A DNA stretch of 64,000 nucleotides from the sequence record PP968062.1; one strand, written 5' to 3'. Both the position numbers and the translations under genes were made by a program. Origin of the DNA: Pseudomonas phage HPP-Temi. Below, in pieces: positions 20,443 to 30,417 of the stretch; position 1 is the first letter of the stretch; the number at the start of each line of letters is the position of its first letter. The notes under the pieces are model-generated. The model saw only the letters and a program-made list of their open reading frames with translations. It ran no database searches and was not told the DNA's origin.

Positions 20443-23400
20443 ATGCGTTTGAAAATTCATCAGTTTCTGAAGAACTACAGCCTTCGAAACTCCGGCGAAC
20501 TATTGCGTCCGCGTTTGTTCCCGTTAGCGAAGCTGGAACTGCCTCTTGAGGTAGTATATCAGTTCCTTGATGACAACGCTGCTGTAAAGGGTCCGAGTCA
20601 ATCGGACCCCCTCTTTGCCAAGCTGCAAGGAAAGGTGTTCATTGAGCACGTTACACAGCTGGAGACTCTTGATGGTAACGCTCGGCGTACTTCGCTTATT
20701 CCGACTACCCTTGAAGCAGACTTCCGTCGTCAGCACCGTTTCTTCAAACCACTGCGTAAAGATGCGGCTGTAAAGCTTAACACACAGAACGTTGCTGTAG
20801 TCAACTACAGCATGCTGAACCCGCTTTGGAAATACCAAGCCAACTTCAAGTCGAACTGGTATCGCTGGAGCAACAATACTGCTACCTTCTGGAAAGGTGT
20901 AGCAGATATGCATAAACGTTTCGGCTGGAACCAATTCATCGAACTCCATATCCCGGAATCCATTCCGACGTTTAACGAGTTCAAGATGTTGGAGCGTGGT
21001 ACCACTCAGGCATTGCTTGAGAAGTTCCGTACCAATGCAGCACTGAACGTTTTTGATCTGTATCGTTTCCTCGGTGAAAACCGTGCTTCTTCTTATCTGT
21101 CTACTTTGCCGAAAGAAGCATACGAGAAGATTAACTTCCTGATTCGTGTACAGAACAACTTCTTCGTTATTAACCTGGGTCAACTGGAACAATGGCGCGA
21201 TGCTCCGGAAGTTATTGCCGAGCAAGAAACTGTAGCCACTGAAAGCTTCGTTGATGAACTGGGTCTTGAAGTCTTCTATAAACCTGACGTATTACAACGT
21301 CGCATGATCAGCCTGTTGACTACTCTCGTTGAGTACAACAATGGTAACGATACTCTCATGGAGGTCGAACCAGAGGCACCTAAGATCACCGATATGGTTG
21401 AACCCGAAGACAAGTCCACTGACGAAGAAGAAGAAGCTGAAGAAGTTACTGAGCGTGCAGAAGAAGCTGAGGAAGGTGTCGATACAGATGCTATCGATGA
21501 TACATCCGAATCTGGTTCTAATGTTAGCTCCCTGCTTGACCTGGGTATGCTCGAAGTTGTATTTGAGCCGCCACCCGAGTCCGAGCTTGAGAAGACTACT
21601 CTTGTCATCGAGAAAGATCCGCTTGAGACAGCAGAAATTGCTAAAGCACCTACTCTCAAAGTAGAAACTGCTCCGGTAACTAAATCGATTATCCCAGCTT
21701 TCAGTAGCGGTGATGCGTTGGTTGATCCGGTTGGTCAGAAAGCTTATGACCTGTACCAAGTCGGTATGATCTCTGCCCGTGCATTTGAACAGGCTGTAGA
21801 TGACTCGGCTATGTATAAGTCTATTCCGGATCCGTTTGGTTCGGGTAAGACTATTGCAGAAGCAATGACATATGAAAAATCTGACTTCGTAATTCCATCT
21901 GAACAATTCGCTGACAAAACCACCATCACTGACAAGTCGATGCTGGGTGCAGTTCACAAAGCGATGATGCGCAAGTACACGAAGACTCTTCTACCGAAAG
22001 ACATCATGCAATCTATCCTGTCCATTCAGGCTCAGGGTGTAGCTGTTACTGATGTGCGTATGGAAGAAGTCCGTGATGCGATGAACCACTACCAATCGTT
22101 CACTGTTACTGTGAAACCGATTCGTGGTCGTCCTTCTCAACTGCGTTTCCGTATTCCGGTTATTGACCGGGATGGTCGTTTCCGTTCCAATGGTGTTACT
22201 TATCGTCAACGTCTGCAACGCGCGGATATTCCGATTCGTAAAGTCAACCCACTTAAGGTTGCACTCACCAGCTATTACAACAAGACTTTCGTAAATCGTT
22301 CTGAGCGTGCTGAGAACAACTACGATACTTGGCTGATCCGTCAGATCGGTGTACGTGCTCGTGATAACAATGACGTGTCGGTAACTGATGTACGTTATGC
22401 TGAACTGGACCAAGCTCAATTCGTTCTGCCTCGGGTATACTCTGCTCTGGGTCGTGCTTACCGTTCGTTCAAGAATGGTGCGAATGAGTTCTACTTCAAG
22501 TTCGACGATCATGCCGAGTACTTCCACAAGACCTACGGGATTTCCGTAGAAGCGCTTGAGAAGGATGGAATGGTTGTTGTGGGTTCCCATAACCGTCTAC
22601 CGATTTTGGTTGACCAAGGTTCTCAGTTCTACGTTAAAGAAGGTAACGATCTCGAACCGATGGGGACGATGATTGATATCCTGGGTCTGAACCAAGTGAA
22701 AGCTCCTCTGGAAGCAATCCTTGTTTCTGTGGCCAACAAAGAACTACCCCTCGGTTTCATCTTGGGTTATCGTCAAGGTCTGTCTGGTCTACTGGATACG
22801 CTTGGCGTTCAATATCAAAGTCATCCTCGTGGTACTCGTATTAGCGTTAGCCCCGATGACTACACTCTGGCATTCTCTGACGAGATCCTGGTGTTCAGTC
22901 GTCAAGACTACCGTGCTACTCTGGTACTCGCTGGCTTGAAGCGTTATCATCAATCTCTGAAGAAGTTCTCTCGTTGGGATTTCGATCGACGTGACGTCTA
23001 CTTCCGTCTACTAGAGGAAGCTGGTCTCTCTGCACGTTATACTCGTGAGATCGATGGCCTGTTTACTTCCTTCGTTGACCCGATCACTAAAGGTCTGCTT
23101 GAAGAGATGGGAGAGCCGACTGATTTCCAAGGTCTGCTATACCGCTCTGTAGAGCTGCTGACTAATGACTGGTCTCCTGCCGAGGTAGACGGTGCATACA
23201 TGCGCTATCGCGGCTATGAACGTATGGCTGGGGCTATCTATGGCAGTCTGAACCGTGCTGTTCGTATATACAACAACCGTGAAGGTTCTGCCGATCAACA
23301 GATCGTCATGGATCAACACGAAGTATGGCGTAAGATTGCATCTGACCCGACCGTTGCTACTATTGAAGACTCGAACCCTATCGCTAACTTGCGCGAGCAA

Positions 23401-23661
23401 GAAGCCATGACCTACCGTGGTGATGGTGGCCGTGGGCCGGACTCGATGGTTGCCCGTACACGTATCTATCACGAGTCTGATGTGGGCGTTGTATCTGAAT
23501 CTACTGTTGACTCTGGTGACGTGGGTGTAATTGCCTATCTGTCTCCTGATGCCAACTTCAACAGCATGCGTGGTACTACCCGTATGTTCGAGAAAGGCAA
23601 AGACGGTACGGCTAAGATGTTGTCTACTGGTGCACTCACTGGTGTAGCTACAACCAACGAT
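20443..23661 (+). CDS. RNA polymerase beta-like subunit, exon 1 (3' boundary approximate)
   Basis: Segment RGDGGRGPDSMVARTRIYHESDVGVVSESTVDSGDVGVIAYL aligns by eye to the conserved beta region GPGGL...[25 protein letters not shown]. The ORF would otherwise stop at TGA 23665-23667. Confidence 0.65.
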
Positions 23662-24003
23662 GATTGAGGTTATTGAATCGGAAAGTCTTTTCAGATTTGA
23701 GAAACCTTTGGTCCCAATGAATAGCGATATTCATTTGGAATCTCCCTTAATTGCTGGAACCTCCTTAGAGCTAATCTAACCACTGCGAGTCGAAAGACAA
23801 AGCCAAGGTTTGAAAATAGATTAGATTGGACAATCAGCAGCCAAGCTCCGTATAGGAGAAGGTTCAACGACTAACCGCTTATCACGGTGTACCTGCCAAG
23901 TGGTGGGGAAATAGGGAGCCTCTCAAGTAGAGGAAGATATAGTCTCCTCTTTAGGGAAACCTAAAGCAGTCGAAAGACGGAATTGATCTAACGAATCAAT
24001 TTG
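23662..24003 (+). ncRNA. group I self-splicing intron (IA-like), ORF-less, about 340 nt, inside the RNAP beta-like gene
   Basis: All four conserved core elements are in canonical order: P (aattgctggaac, about 23750), Q (aatcagcagcc, about 23832), R (ggttcaacgactaacc, about 23861) and S (aagatatagtctcc, about 23934). The GACTA/TAGTC pair forms P7. Both flanking ORFs are in frame 1. Exon 2 has no SD and no ATG. A possible P1 pairs exon CAACGAU with intron GGUUAUUG. Confidence 0.6.
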
Positions 24004-25152
24004 AAGACAAGGCCGAAACGTATCAACTTCGTTTCTATTCAGCAACAGCAAGGTATCTATGCAGACGGTTACGAGGTTACTCCTCTCCGTACTGGCTACG
24101 AGCAGATCATCGCTCAACGCACTAGCTCTATCTTCGCATCCGCTGCTGAACAAGATGGTGAAGTTATTGCTGTAGATGCTCACGGTATTACCGTCAAGTA
24201 TGCCGATGGGGAAATCTTCAGTTCTCAACTGGGTACCGTTCATGGTACCGCTGCGGGTGTAAACTATCCGCACACTCTGACCACTGGCCTTAAGAAAGGT
24301 GATAAGTTCAAACGTGGTGATACTCTGGCTTTCAATAGCAAGTATTTCACTGAGGACCGCTATACTCCTGGACAGGTTCTGTGGAAAGCAGGTGTGATGG
24401 TTCGTGTTGCATTCTGCGATAACCTTGACACGCTTGAAGACGGATCGGTAATCAGCCGTGACGTAGCGATCAAGCTGAATACTCAGACTACTGACATTAA
24501 GAACATCACTGTTCGCTTTGATCAGGCAATCGAGAATTTGGTCAAGGTTGGGGATCACGTAGACTTGGATTCAATTCTATGTACTATTCAAGACCCCGAA
24601 ATGGCCAAGAACTCTCTGTTTGGTGCCGCGAGTATTGAAACCCTGAAGAAACTTTCCGCTAACGCTCCGCGAGCGAAAGTTGTAGGGACTATCTCTAAGA
24701 TCGAATGTTACTATCATGGTGACATCGAAGATATGTCTGACAATCTTCAGAAGGTAGCTCGTGCTTCTGATAAAGAGAGAGCCGATAGGGCCAAGTCGTT
24801 GAACGAACCGGAATTCACTGGTGAAGTCGACGCATCCTTCCGTGTTAAAGGTCAGATGCTTGAACCTGACAACATGGTTATCCGAATCTACATCGACCAT
24901 GATATCCCTTGTGGTACTGGTGACAAAGGTGTAGTTGCGAACCAGATGAAAACTGTGTTCTCTCGGGTAATGGATGGTCGGAACGAGTGTGAAGATGGTA
25001 CTCCGATTGGTCTGATCTTCGGTAACACATCGGTCGAAGAACGGATGGTCATGTCCCCTAAATTGATTGCGACTACCACAATCTTGCAGCAAGCACTTTC
25101 TCAGCATATAGCTGCGCTCTATCGAGGAACCACAAATGCAAAATCAAAGTAA
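24004..25152 (+). CDS. RNA polymerase beta-like subunit, exon 2 (5' boundary approximate)
   Basis: GDKGVVANQM...EDGTPIGLIFGNTSVEERMVMSPKL aligns by eye to the beta active-site region GNKGVISKI...[23 protein letters not shown]. Confidence 0.65.
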   Translation, partial: KTRPKRINFVSIQQQQGIYADGYEVTPLRTGYEQIIAQRTSSIFASAAEQDGEVIAVDAHGITVKYADGEIFSSQLGTVHGTAAGVNYPHTLTTGLKKGDKFKRGDTLAFNSKYFTEDRYTPGQVLWKAGVMVRVAFCDNLDTLEDGSVISRDVAIKLNTQTTDIKNITVRFDQAIENLVKVGDHVDLDSILCTIQDPEMAKNSLFGAASIETLKKLSANAPRAKVVGTISKIECYYHGDIEDMSDNLQKVARASDKERADRAKSLNEPEFTGEVDASFRVKGQMLEPDNMVIRIYIDHDIPCGTGDKGVVANQMKTVFSRVMDGRNECEDGTPIGLIFGNTSVEERMVMSPKLIATTTILQQALSQHIAALYRGTTNAKSK

Positions 25153-25330
25153 CAACGTAGTACTCAGTCAGAACATCGCCGTTCTGACTGCTGCTGCCGA
25201 ACTTGGAGCCGAAGCTTTGCTTCGCTCCATCGGCGGCGACACCTCGGCAGCTACTCTAGAAGGTGAGTATCTGACCAAAGAAGATATCCAGGCGGCTATC
25301 GTTGCCCGTATGTGCAAATACCTCGGTTAA
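25136..25330 (+). CDS. small protein (64 aa) overlapping the 3' end of the beta gene
   Basis: ATG at 25136 preceded by GAGGAA. Confidence 0.4.
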   Translation: MQNQSNNVVLSQNIAVLTAAAELGAEALLRSIGGDTSAATLEGEYLTKEDIQAAIVARMCKYLG

Positions 25331-25342
25331 TTAGGAGTCAAC

Positions 25343-27043
25343 ATGTTTAATCCCGAAACTCTGGACGCTGTCCGTGATGCGGCCCAAGCGTTCACTGAAC
25401 AAGAACGTGTTCTGACTATTCCGAACCCCGAGTTCCCTCTGGCTGTCTATGCTGACGGTTTCAACTGTGAATCCGAAGGCAACAAAGTTGCAATGTCCGA
25501 TGAACTGGCTGCTTCCGTAGAGTCTCACTTCATCGAAAGCAACGTAGAAGCTCCCGAGAACGTGAACGAAGAGCGCGAAGCAATCATCAGCAATATGCAC
25601 ACCGCTATTGCTAAGATTCAGTTCAACACTCAGAACGTTATCATCCCGGCTATCAAAGCCATGGCTACCGATTACGCTAGCCGTCAAAACGTAAGTGGTC
25701 AAGCAGACTGCGACGTTAGCACTTTCAACTACGATCCGATCCACAACGATCCTCGTCTGGTGAACCACATTCAGACCCGCTATGCCAAAGTACGTCCTCT
25801 TCCGGAATATCGTACTTTCATGCTGCGTCCTATTGATGCCGCTGCTATCATCGAGATGGTATCGATCAATAACCCGCACCTGGATCAAGAGCAGGTTACT
25901 GAATGGGCTCTGAAGATCCCGGCTCAACGTGTAGAGAACGTATGGAGTGAACTGTTCGGTACCGCTCGTGGTCTGACTGTTTCTAACCTGAGCTTCATTA
26001 ACCCGAACGCCTTCCCGTTCAATCTGGATGAACTGACCCTTGGTTACTTCATCTGTGGTCACTACATCGACAATCCTCAGGAAGTTCCTGGTGAGTCTGT
26101 GACTTCTGATGAATGGGAGCAAACTGTACGTCTGCTTCACGAAATGCTCGGTTTCTACATCATCCGTGCCTATGAGAATCGTCTGGAGATGCGTGAGTCC
26201 AATACTCTCGTTCTGCGTTACGAAGCTCATCGTCCGGTTGAGAACCGTCGTGTACTCGTTACTCTGAACGGTGACGTAGCTGAAAGCTGGCTGGTTAAAG
26301 GTGGTAGCGTAGAAGCTCTGCTGGGTGCTGCTATTGATGGCGGTAACGTTGTTCATGCTCAAGGCATTGATGCCCGTGCTGAACATTACATCCGTCGTTG
26401 GACTGCTACCTACCCGCTGATCAAACAGGCTGCTCTGGACTACGCTGAAAGCCGTCGTCGTCAAGACGTAATCGATACCTTCCTGACCCATTGCGGTGAT
26501 GGTCCTCTTCGTGAGATGAACATCGGTAACGTACGCGAGATTCTGGCTGCTGCAATGCGTTTCGTTCGTAGTGAAGACCTCGATAATCCGTACTGTGTAT
26601 TCAGTAACCTGATCTGCCGTACCTATTACACTGAGCCGATGTACAAAATGTACCTCGACACTATCGATGAGTATGGTCAGAACTTCCCTGCCGCTGAACT
26701 GCGTGAGCTGAACACCCAGGCTCTGATCTCTCTGATCGCTATCTTCCAGGCTCAGCAGATCAAAGTAGAAATGTTCAATCCTGATGTTGATCCTAACGCT
26801 ACTCTTCCTCAACCGGAAGCTGTTCCGGAAGAACTCTCTGAACCGACTGGTGAAGAAGTATCCGAAGCAGTAGGTGATGCTATTGAAGGTGAAGGCCCTC
26901 TGGCTGAAACTCCGGAAGTAGAAGACGAAGAAGATCCTTACGCTGACACGCCTGCTGAAACCGAGACTGAAGTAGTCGAAGTAGAAGAGGAAAAAACCAG
27001 TGAAGAAGAAACTGAATCGGAAACTGAAGAAGAACAAGCTTAA
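25343..27043 (+). CDS. hypothetical protein with a highly acidic C-terminal tail (566 aa)
   Basis: SD AGGAG upstream. The last 90 aa are Glu/Asp/Thr-rich. Confidence 0.6.
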   Translation: MFNPETLDAVRDAAQAFTEQERVLTIPNPEFPLAVYADGFNCESEGNKVAMSDELAASVESHFIESNVEAPENVNEEREAIISNMHTAIAKIQFNTQNVIIPAIKAMATDYASRQNVSGQADCDVSTFNYDPIHNDPRLVNHIQTRYAKVRPLPEYRTFMLRPIDAAAIIEMVSINNPHLDQEQVTEWALKIPAQRVENVWSELFGTARGLTVSNLSFINPNAFPFNLDELTLGYFICGHYIDNPQEVPGESVTSDEWEQTVRLLHEMLGFYIIRAYENRLEMRESNTLVLRYEAHRPVENRRVLVTLNGDVAESWLVKGGSVEALLGAAIDGGNVVHAQGIDARAEHYIRRWTATYPLIKQAALDYAESRRRQDVIDTFLTHCGDGPLREMNIGNVREILAAAMRFVRSEDLDNPYCVFSNLICRTYYTEPMYKMYLDTIDEYGQNFPAAELRELNTQALISLIAIFQAQQIKVEMFNPDVDPNATLPQPEAVPEELSEPTGEEVSEAVGDAIEGEGPLAETPEVEDEEDPYADTPAETETEVVEVEEEKTSEEETESETEEEQA

Positions 27044-27051
27044 TTGATAAC

Positions 27052-27090
27052 CTCCGGTATCCTTCGGGGTACCGGAGTGTGTCAACTTTC
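27052..27090 (+). terminator. rho-independent terminator
   Basis: An 11-bp stem ctccggtatcc/gggtaccggag with loop ttcg, followed by the T-rich stretch tttcctttttc. Confidence 0.7.
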
Positions 27091-27112
27091 CTTTTTCTAA
27101 GAAGAGACTTAT

Positions 27113-27835
27113 ATGAACGTTAGGCAATTAACTCGTGATGCTCAACGTGTCAACGCGAATCTGATTGAACTGGAAGATGGTGGTATTGCTACTAACCTTC
27201 CATGCAAGATCCAGATCCCTGAACGTTTTGCTGCAAAGAACCTAGCTGTGCTGGGTAGTGAAGTCTTCATCTTCGGGTTCTTCCCGATTATCATGAATGA
27301 AGAGTTCTATGCGGTGAACAACACCATCGCCATGATGCGCATTCTCCCGAGCTCTACTGAACGAGTTGTTGTGGAGAATGAACCTTACTACGAATTCAGT
27401 TTCGAGAAAGGGGACAAAGTTTTCTATTCGACCCATCTGGTAGTTAACGATACGTTGACTTACTACATGTACGACGAGTTCGTATCTAAAGGAAACATTC
27501 CTTGGTACATGAACTACTACGACATGGCTAAGATGTTCGAGACTGCGAAGGAACACGCAGATACCTTCATTGGTGGTCGTTCTATCATCGAGTTGATTAT
27601 CTCTACTATCGCTCGTGATCCGGATGATATGACAAGATTGTATCGCCACATTCTGGCGCGACATGAAGACGTTAAAAATAAACCACCGGTAACCGTGCCT
27701 TTCCGTTCGGTTATCTGGAACACCTCTGATACCACCTCGAAACTTAACGGTGCTTACTTCAGTGACGCTATTAACTCCGCTCTGGTGAACCCCAGCGAGA
27801 AGGTAGAAGTAATTGAAGAACTGTTGAGGACGTAA
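27113..27835 (+). CDS. hypothetical protein (240 aa)
   Basis: ORF in the plus-strand block downstream of the RNAP genes. Confidence 0.55.
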   Translation: MNVRQLTRDAQRVNANLIELEDGGIATNLPCKIQIPERFAAKNLAVLGSEVFIFGFFPIIMNEEFYAVNNTIAMMRILPSSTERVVVENEPYYEFSFEKGDKVFYSTHLVVNDTLTYYMYDEFVSKGNIPWYMNYYDMAKMFETAKEHADTFIGGRSIIELIISTIARDPDDMTRLYRHILARHEDVKNKPPVTVPFRSVIWNTSDTTSKLNGAYFSDAINSALVNPSEKVEVIEELLRT

Positions 27836-27850
27836 CACGGAGTTGCAGCA

Positions 27851-28684
27851 ATGCATCCTTTGGCACAATCTTCTTTTGGTGTCCAAAATTCTCCGCAGAA
27901 CCAAGTTCGTATCGGTTGCACCATGCTAGCCGGTACAGACAAAAAAGGAATTCTTGCGCCGAATGCGGACGGTTATTACACTGTAGTTCTGGGTGCCTAT
28001 GGTACACATAACTCCGCTGGTATGTTCTATGACGAAGCCAGTGGCGTTGCCATGTTCGATCCGAACTCTTCTTTGATGCGGCGCCTTAAGAAAGGTGTAC
28101 TCTTCATGGAGTTCAAACATCCGGAACCGTTTACAGATCTGATGATCGATGGTCGCGTTGTTCGTCAACCGATGGATGATCGTCAATACCTACAACGTAT
28201 TCGTATGATCGACGATAACCGGGTATGTGCACACATCCGTGCTCTGACTATTGTCCCCGGTAAGAATGAGAATGGTAAGACCGTTAAGATGGTCGTAGGC
28301 GAAGTTAAGCCTTACGGTCCCTTCGGTCACATTTTCAAAGAGTCGCTGGATAACCCGAGTATCAATACTTATTGCTCCGTACGTTCTATCACTCAAGATG
28401 ATGTAATGCGTGGCATCAAGTACACTCGTGAAATCGCCACATGGGACTTCGTAGGTGAAGGCGGTATCTACATCGCTAACAAGTATACCTCTCCTGCACT
28501 GGAAAGCTTCTCTGATACTGAAGTCATCATCACTCCCGCTACCCTGTGGAAGATGGAAGACGAAGCTAAGAAGCGTGCTAACATCGGTATGGAATCTGAT
28601 CCTAACCTTGATGTTACTGACCTGATCCAACAACTAGGTTGGTCTCGTCGTAAGCCTGTACGTGTACCTGCTTACATGCGATAA
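27851..28684 (+). CDS. hypothetical protein (277 aa)
   Basis: GGAG upstream of the ATG. The terminator hairpin follows. Confidence 0.55.
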   Translation: MHPLAQSSFGVQNSPQNQVRIGCTMLAGTDKKGILAPNADGYYTVVLGAYGTHNSAGMFYDEASGVAMFDPNSSLMRRLKKGVLFMEFKHPEPFTDLMIDGRVVRQPMDDRQYLQRIRMIDDNRVCAHIRALTIVPGKNENGKTVKMVVGEVKPYGPFGHIFKESLDNPSINTYCSVRSITQDDVMRGIKYTREIATWDFVGEGGIYIANKYTSPALESFSDTEVIITPATLWKMEDEAKKRANIGMESDPNLDVTDLIQQLGWSRRKPVRVPAYMR

Positions 28685-28696
28685 AAAAAAACAAAG

Positions 28697-28730
28697 CATA
28701 AAGCCCTCTCCAAACGGAGAGGGCGATATG
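28697..28730. terminator. bidirectional hairpin terminator (CATAAAG family)
   Basis: cataaa-gccctctcc-aaac-ggagagggc-gatatg, between convergent gene ends 28684 and 28734. Confidence 0.65.
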
Positions 28731-28733
28731 TTG

Positions 28734-29045
28734 TCACGCTACGAAGCCATAAGCTTCTTCATTAACAGGTGGCCAACGTACAAGTGTATGTTTTCCGTTG
28801 ATCTGTTCTTCAGTTACATCTTGACCGTCCAGGTAGACTGATCTCCCGAACACACCTTGGGTTATAAGTTCACGAGCTTTGTTTAAAGCAAGTTTATACT
28901 TATCGACCGAATTATATGCGAGAGTATTACTCACATCATCCAGTGTTATACCTTCAGGTGTAAGGTAATATTCCCGCCCTTCATCAATTGAGAAGATCCT
29001 TATTAATCTCCGGAAGTTCTCGTTAATGAAAGGCCATTTTTTCAT
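28734..29045 (-). CDS. hypothetical protein (103 aa)
   Basis: ORF. The conserved 12-mer lies about 95 nt upstream. Confidence 0.5.
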   Translation of the reverse strand: MKKWPFINENFRRLIRIFSIDEGREYYLTPEGITLDDVSNTLAYNSVDKYKLALNKARELITQGVFGRSVYLDGQDVTEEQINGKHTLVRWPPVNEEAYGFVA

Positions 29046-29138
29046 AGGTTCTATCCCATGTGAAGAAAGTCTGAGTTTAACCGAATCAGACGTATCGCAA
29101 ACAGGGTCTGGATGCTGTCACATCCTTCCCAATTCACG

Positions 29139-29150
29139 TTTGTAATATAG
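29139..29150 (-). promoter_or_regulatory. conserved 12-mer TTTGTAATATAG (minus-strand CTATATTACAAA), candidate promoter element
   Basis: The identical 12-mer recurs at 36468 and 40266. Here it lies upstream of minus-strand gene start 29045. Confidence 0.4.
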
Positions 29151-29177
29151 TTCTCAATTAAGTTAGATTAAGACGGC

Positions 29178-29210
29178 ATATTGCCCTCCCTTCTGGGGAG
29201 GGCTTTATGT
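29178..29210. terminator. hairpin terminator (CATAAAG family)
   Basis: catatt-gccctccc-ttct-gggagggc-tttatg, after gene end 29213. Confidence 0.6.
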
Positions 29211-29212
29211 CG

Positions 29213-30337
29213 CTATTGAATAGCAGCATCCGGATAGAACGACTTGATCAGTTCTACAGGATTTTCCATCTTGTAGAAAGGAGCGGTCAGCATTGCTTCA
29301 CGATGAACCTCGCTACTAAGGATCAATGTGTTCGCATCTTCAGAAGCATAGCTTAAGAAGTACAGGTTCCATACCGGCAGACCTTGACGACGAGTAATAA
29401 ACCAATCGGGTTTAAGTTGATTCAAGATACGTACCAAGGTAGCCATCTGGTCAGCGTAATTAGGTCGCTCTTGAGCGCCAGTTGGATCAGGGATAGCTGG
29501 ACCAGTTGGGTTAGCCGGATCAGGAATCATTTTAGGGAATGGACCACCAGGAACACATTCCTCAGGGAAAACGTAGTTCTGTAGCAACTGGGCTGGGAAG
29601 TTAGGGTTCTCAGCAATCAATGCCGATACACCGCCGTGCAACATCAATCTTTCGATTGTGGCAAGGTCAGTACTAGGGCTAATGCCAGCAGAAGCTCGCT
29701 TAACAACAGAGAATCTGAAATCATCATCATAGTCATATTCATACTTGTTGTCCACCCATTTAGCGCCGAATGTTTCATCGACCAGGTCAGGAATACCCCA
29801 AGCCGTAACTTCTTCTACTATACCTTTCATCAGGGCAGCTTCTGCACCCAAATCGAATACACGTAGCAGGGAGTTATTAGTCAGGTCACCCATGAATCCG
29901 ATGATGCTATTCACACCACCGAAGTTACCATCGCGGAAGTAATAGTCCTTTTGATTAAGGACCATCTTCACGCCATCGAGCATGTCTGTAGCTTTGCGTA
30001 CGTAGCCTGTCCCTGTATCCTCGCCTGTGAGCTCTTCCATGATGGATCGCTCAACTTCCGATGCGAGGCCAACGATAGAACCACGAGAGCCTTTAAGCGC
30101 GTCCTGGATGCGGTTACGGGCCATATTCAGATCTATGCCGTTAGACATGATCTTACTACCGATACCTTTAACTACACCAAGAGACTTTTGAATCAGTTCA
30201 TCTGCACCTACACCGAACGCAGTAATCTTAGAAGCCAGTTGGTTCTTCAGATCAGCATTTTGTTCTGTATAGGCATCTACCTCTTTTACTGCGGCATCCG
30301 GCAAACCTGTAAAAGAAGGAATCGCTAGTTGTACCAT
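29213..30337 (-). CDS. hypothetical protein (374 aa)
   Basis: ORF only. No motifs recognised. Confidence 0.55.
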   Translation of the reverse strand: MVQLAIPSFTGLPDAAVKEVDAYTEQNADLKNQLASKITAFGVGADELIQKSLGVVKGIGSKIMSNGIDLNMARNRIQDALKGSRGSIVGLASEVERSIMEELTGEDTGTGYVRKATDMLDGVKMVLNQKDYYFRDGNFGGVNSIIGFMGDLTNNSLLRVFDLGAEAALMKGIVEEVTAWGIPDLVDETFGAKWVDNKYEYDYDDDFRFSVVKRASAGISPSTDLATIERLMLHGGVSALIAENPNFPAQLLQNYVFPEECVPGGPFPKMIPDPANPTGPAIPDPTGAQERPNYADQMATLVRILNQLKPDWFITRRQGLPVWNLYFLSYASEDANTLILSSEVHREAMLTAPFYKMENPVELIKSFYPDAAIQ

Positions 30338-30383
30338 TTGAATTTCACCAAAAAAAAATAAGAGTCATACAATGATCGCCATC

Positions 30384-30405
30384 GGGCTCCCCGTTAAGGG
30401 AGCCC
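30384..30405. terminator. hairpin
   Basis: Stem gggctccc/gggagccc with loop cgttaa, between tandem minus-strand genes. Confidence 0.45.
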
Positions 30406-30417
30406 AAGGCAATCGGT

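Noticed and set aside
23668-24000. The ORF-free stretch after the 1074-aa ORF as an ordinary intergenic spacer, with the 383-aa ORF as an independent TTG-initiated gene.
   Set aside because: There is no SD before the TTG, the two ORFs are in the same frame, and the gap contains the group I P, Q, R and S elements. The RNAP beta homology also continues across the gap. An intron is the better explanation, though a natural gene split cannot be fully excluded without RNA data.
25331-27127. 598-aa minus-strand ORF antisense to the acidic 566-aa gene.
   Set aside because: It is Phe/Ser-rich and low-complexity, the complement of a GAA/GAG-rich coding strand. No SD.
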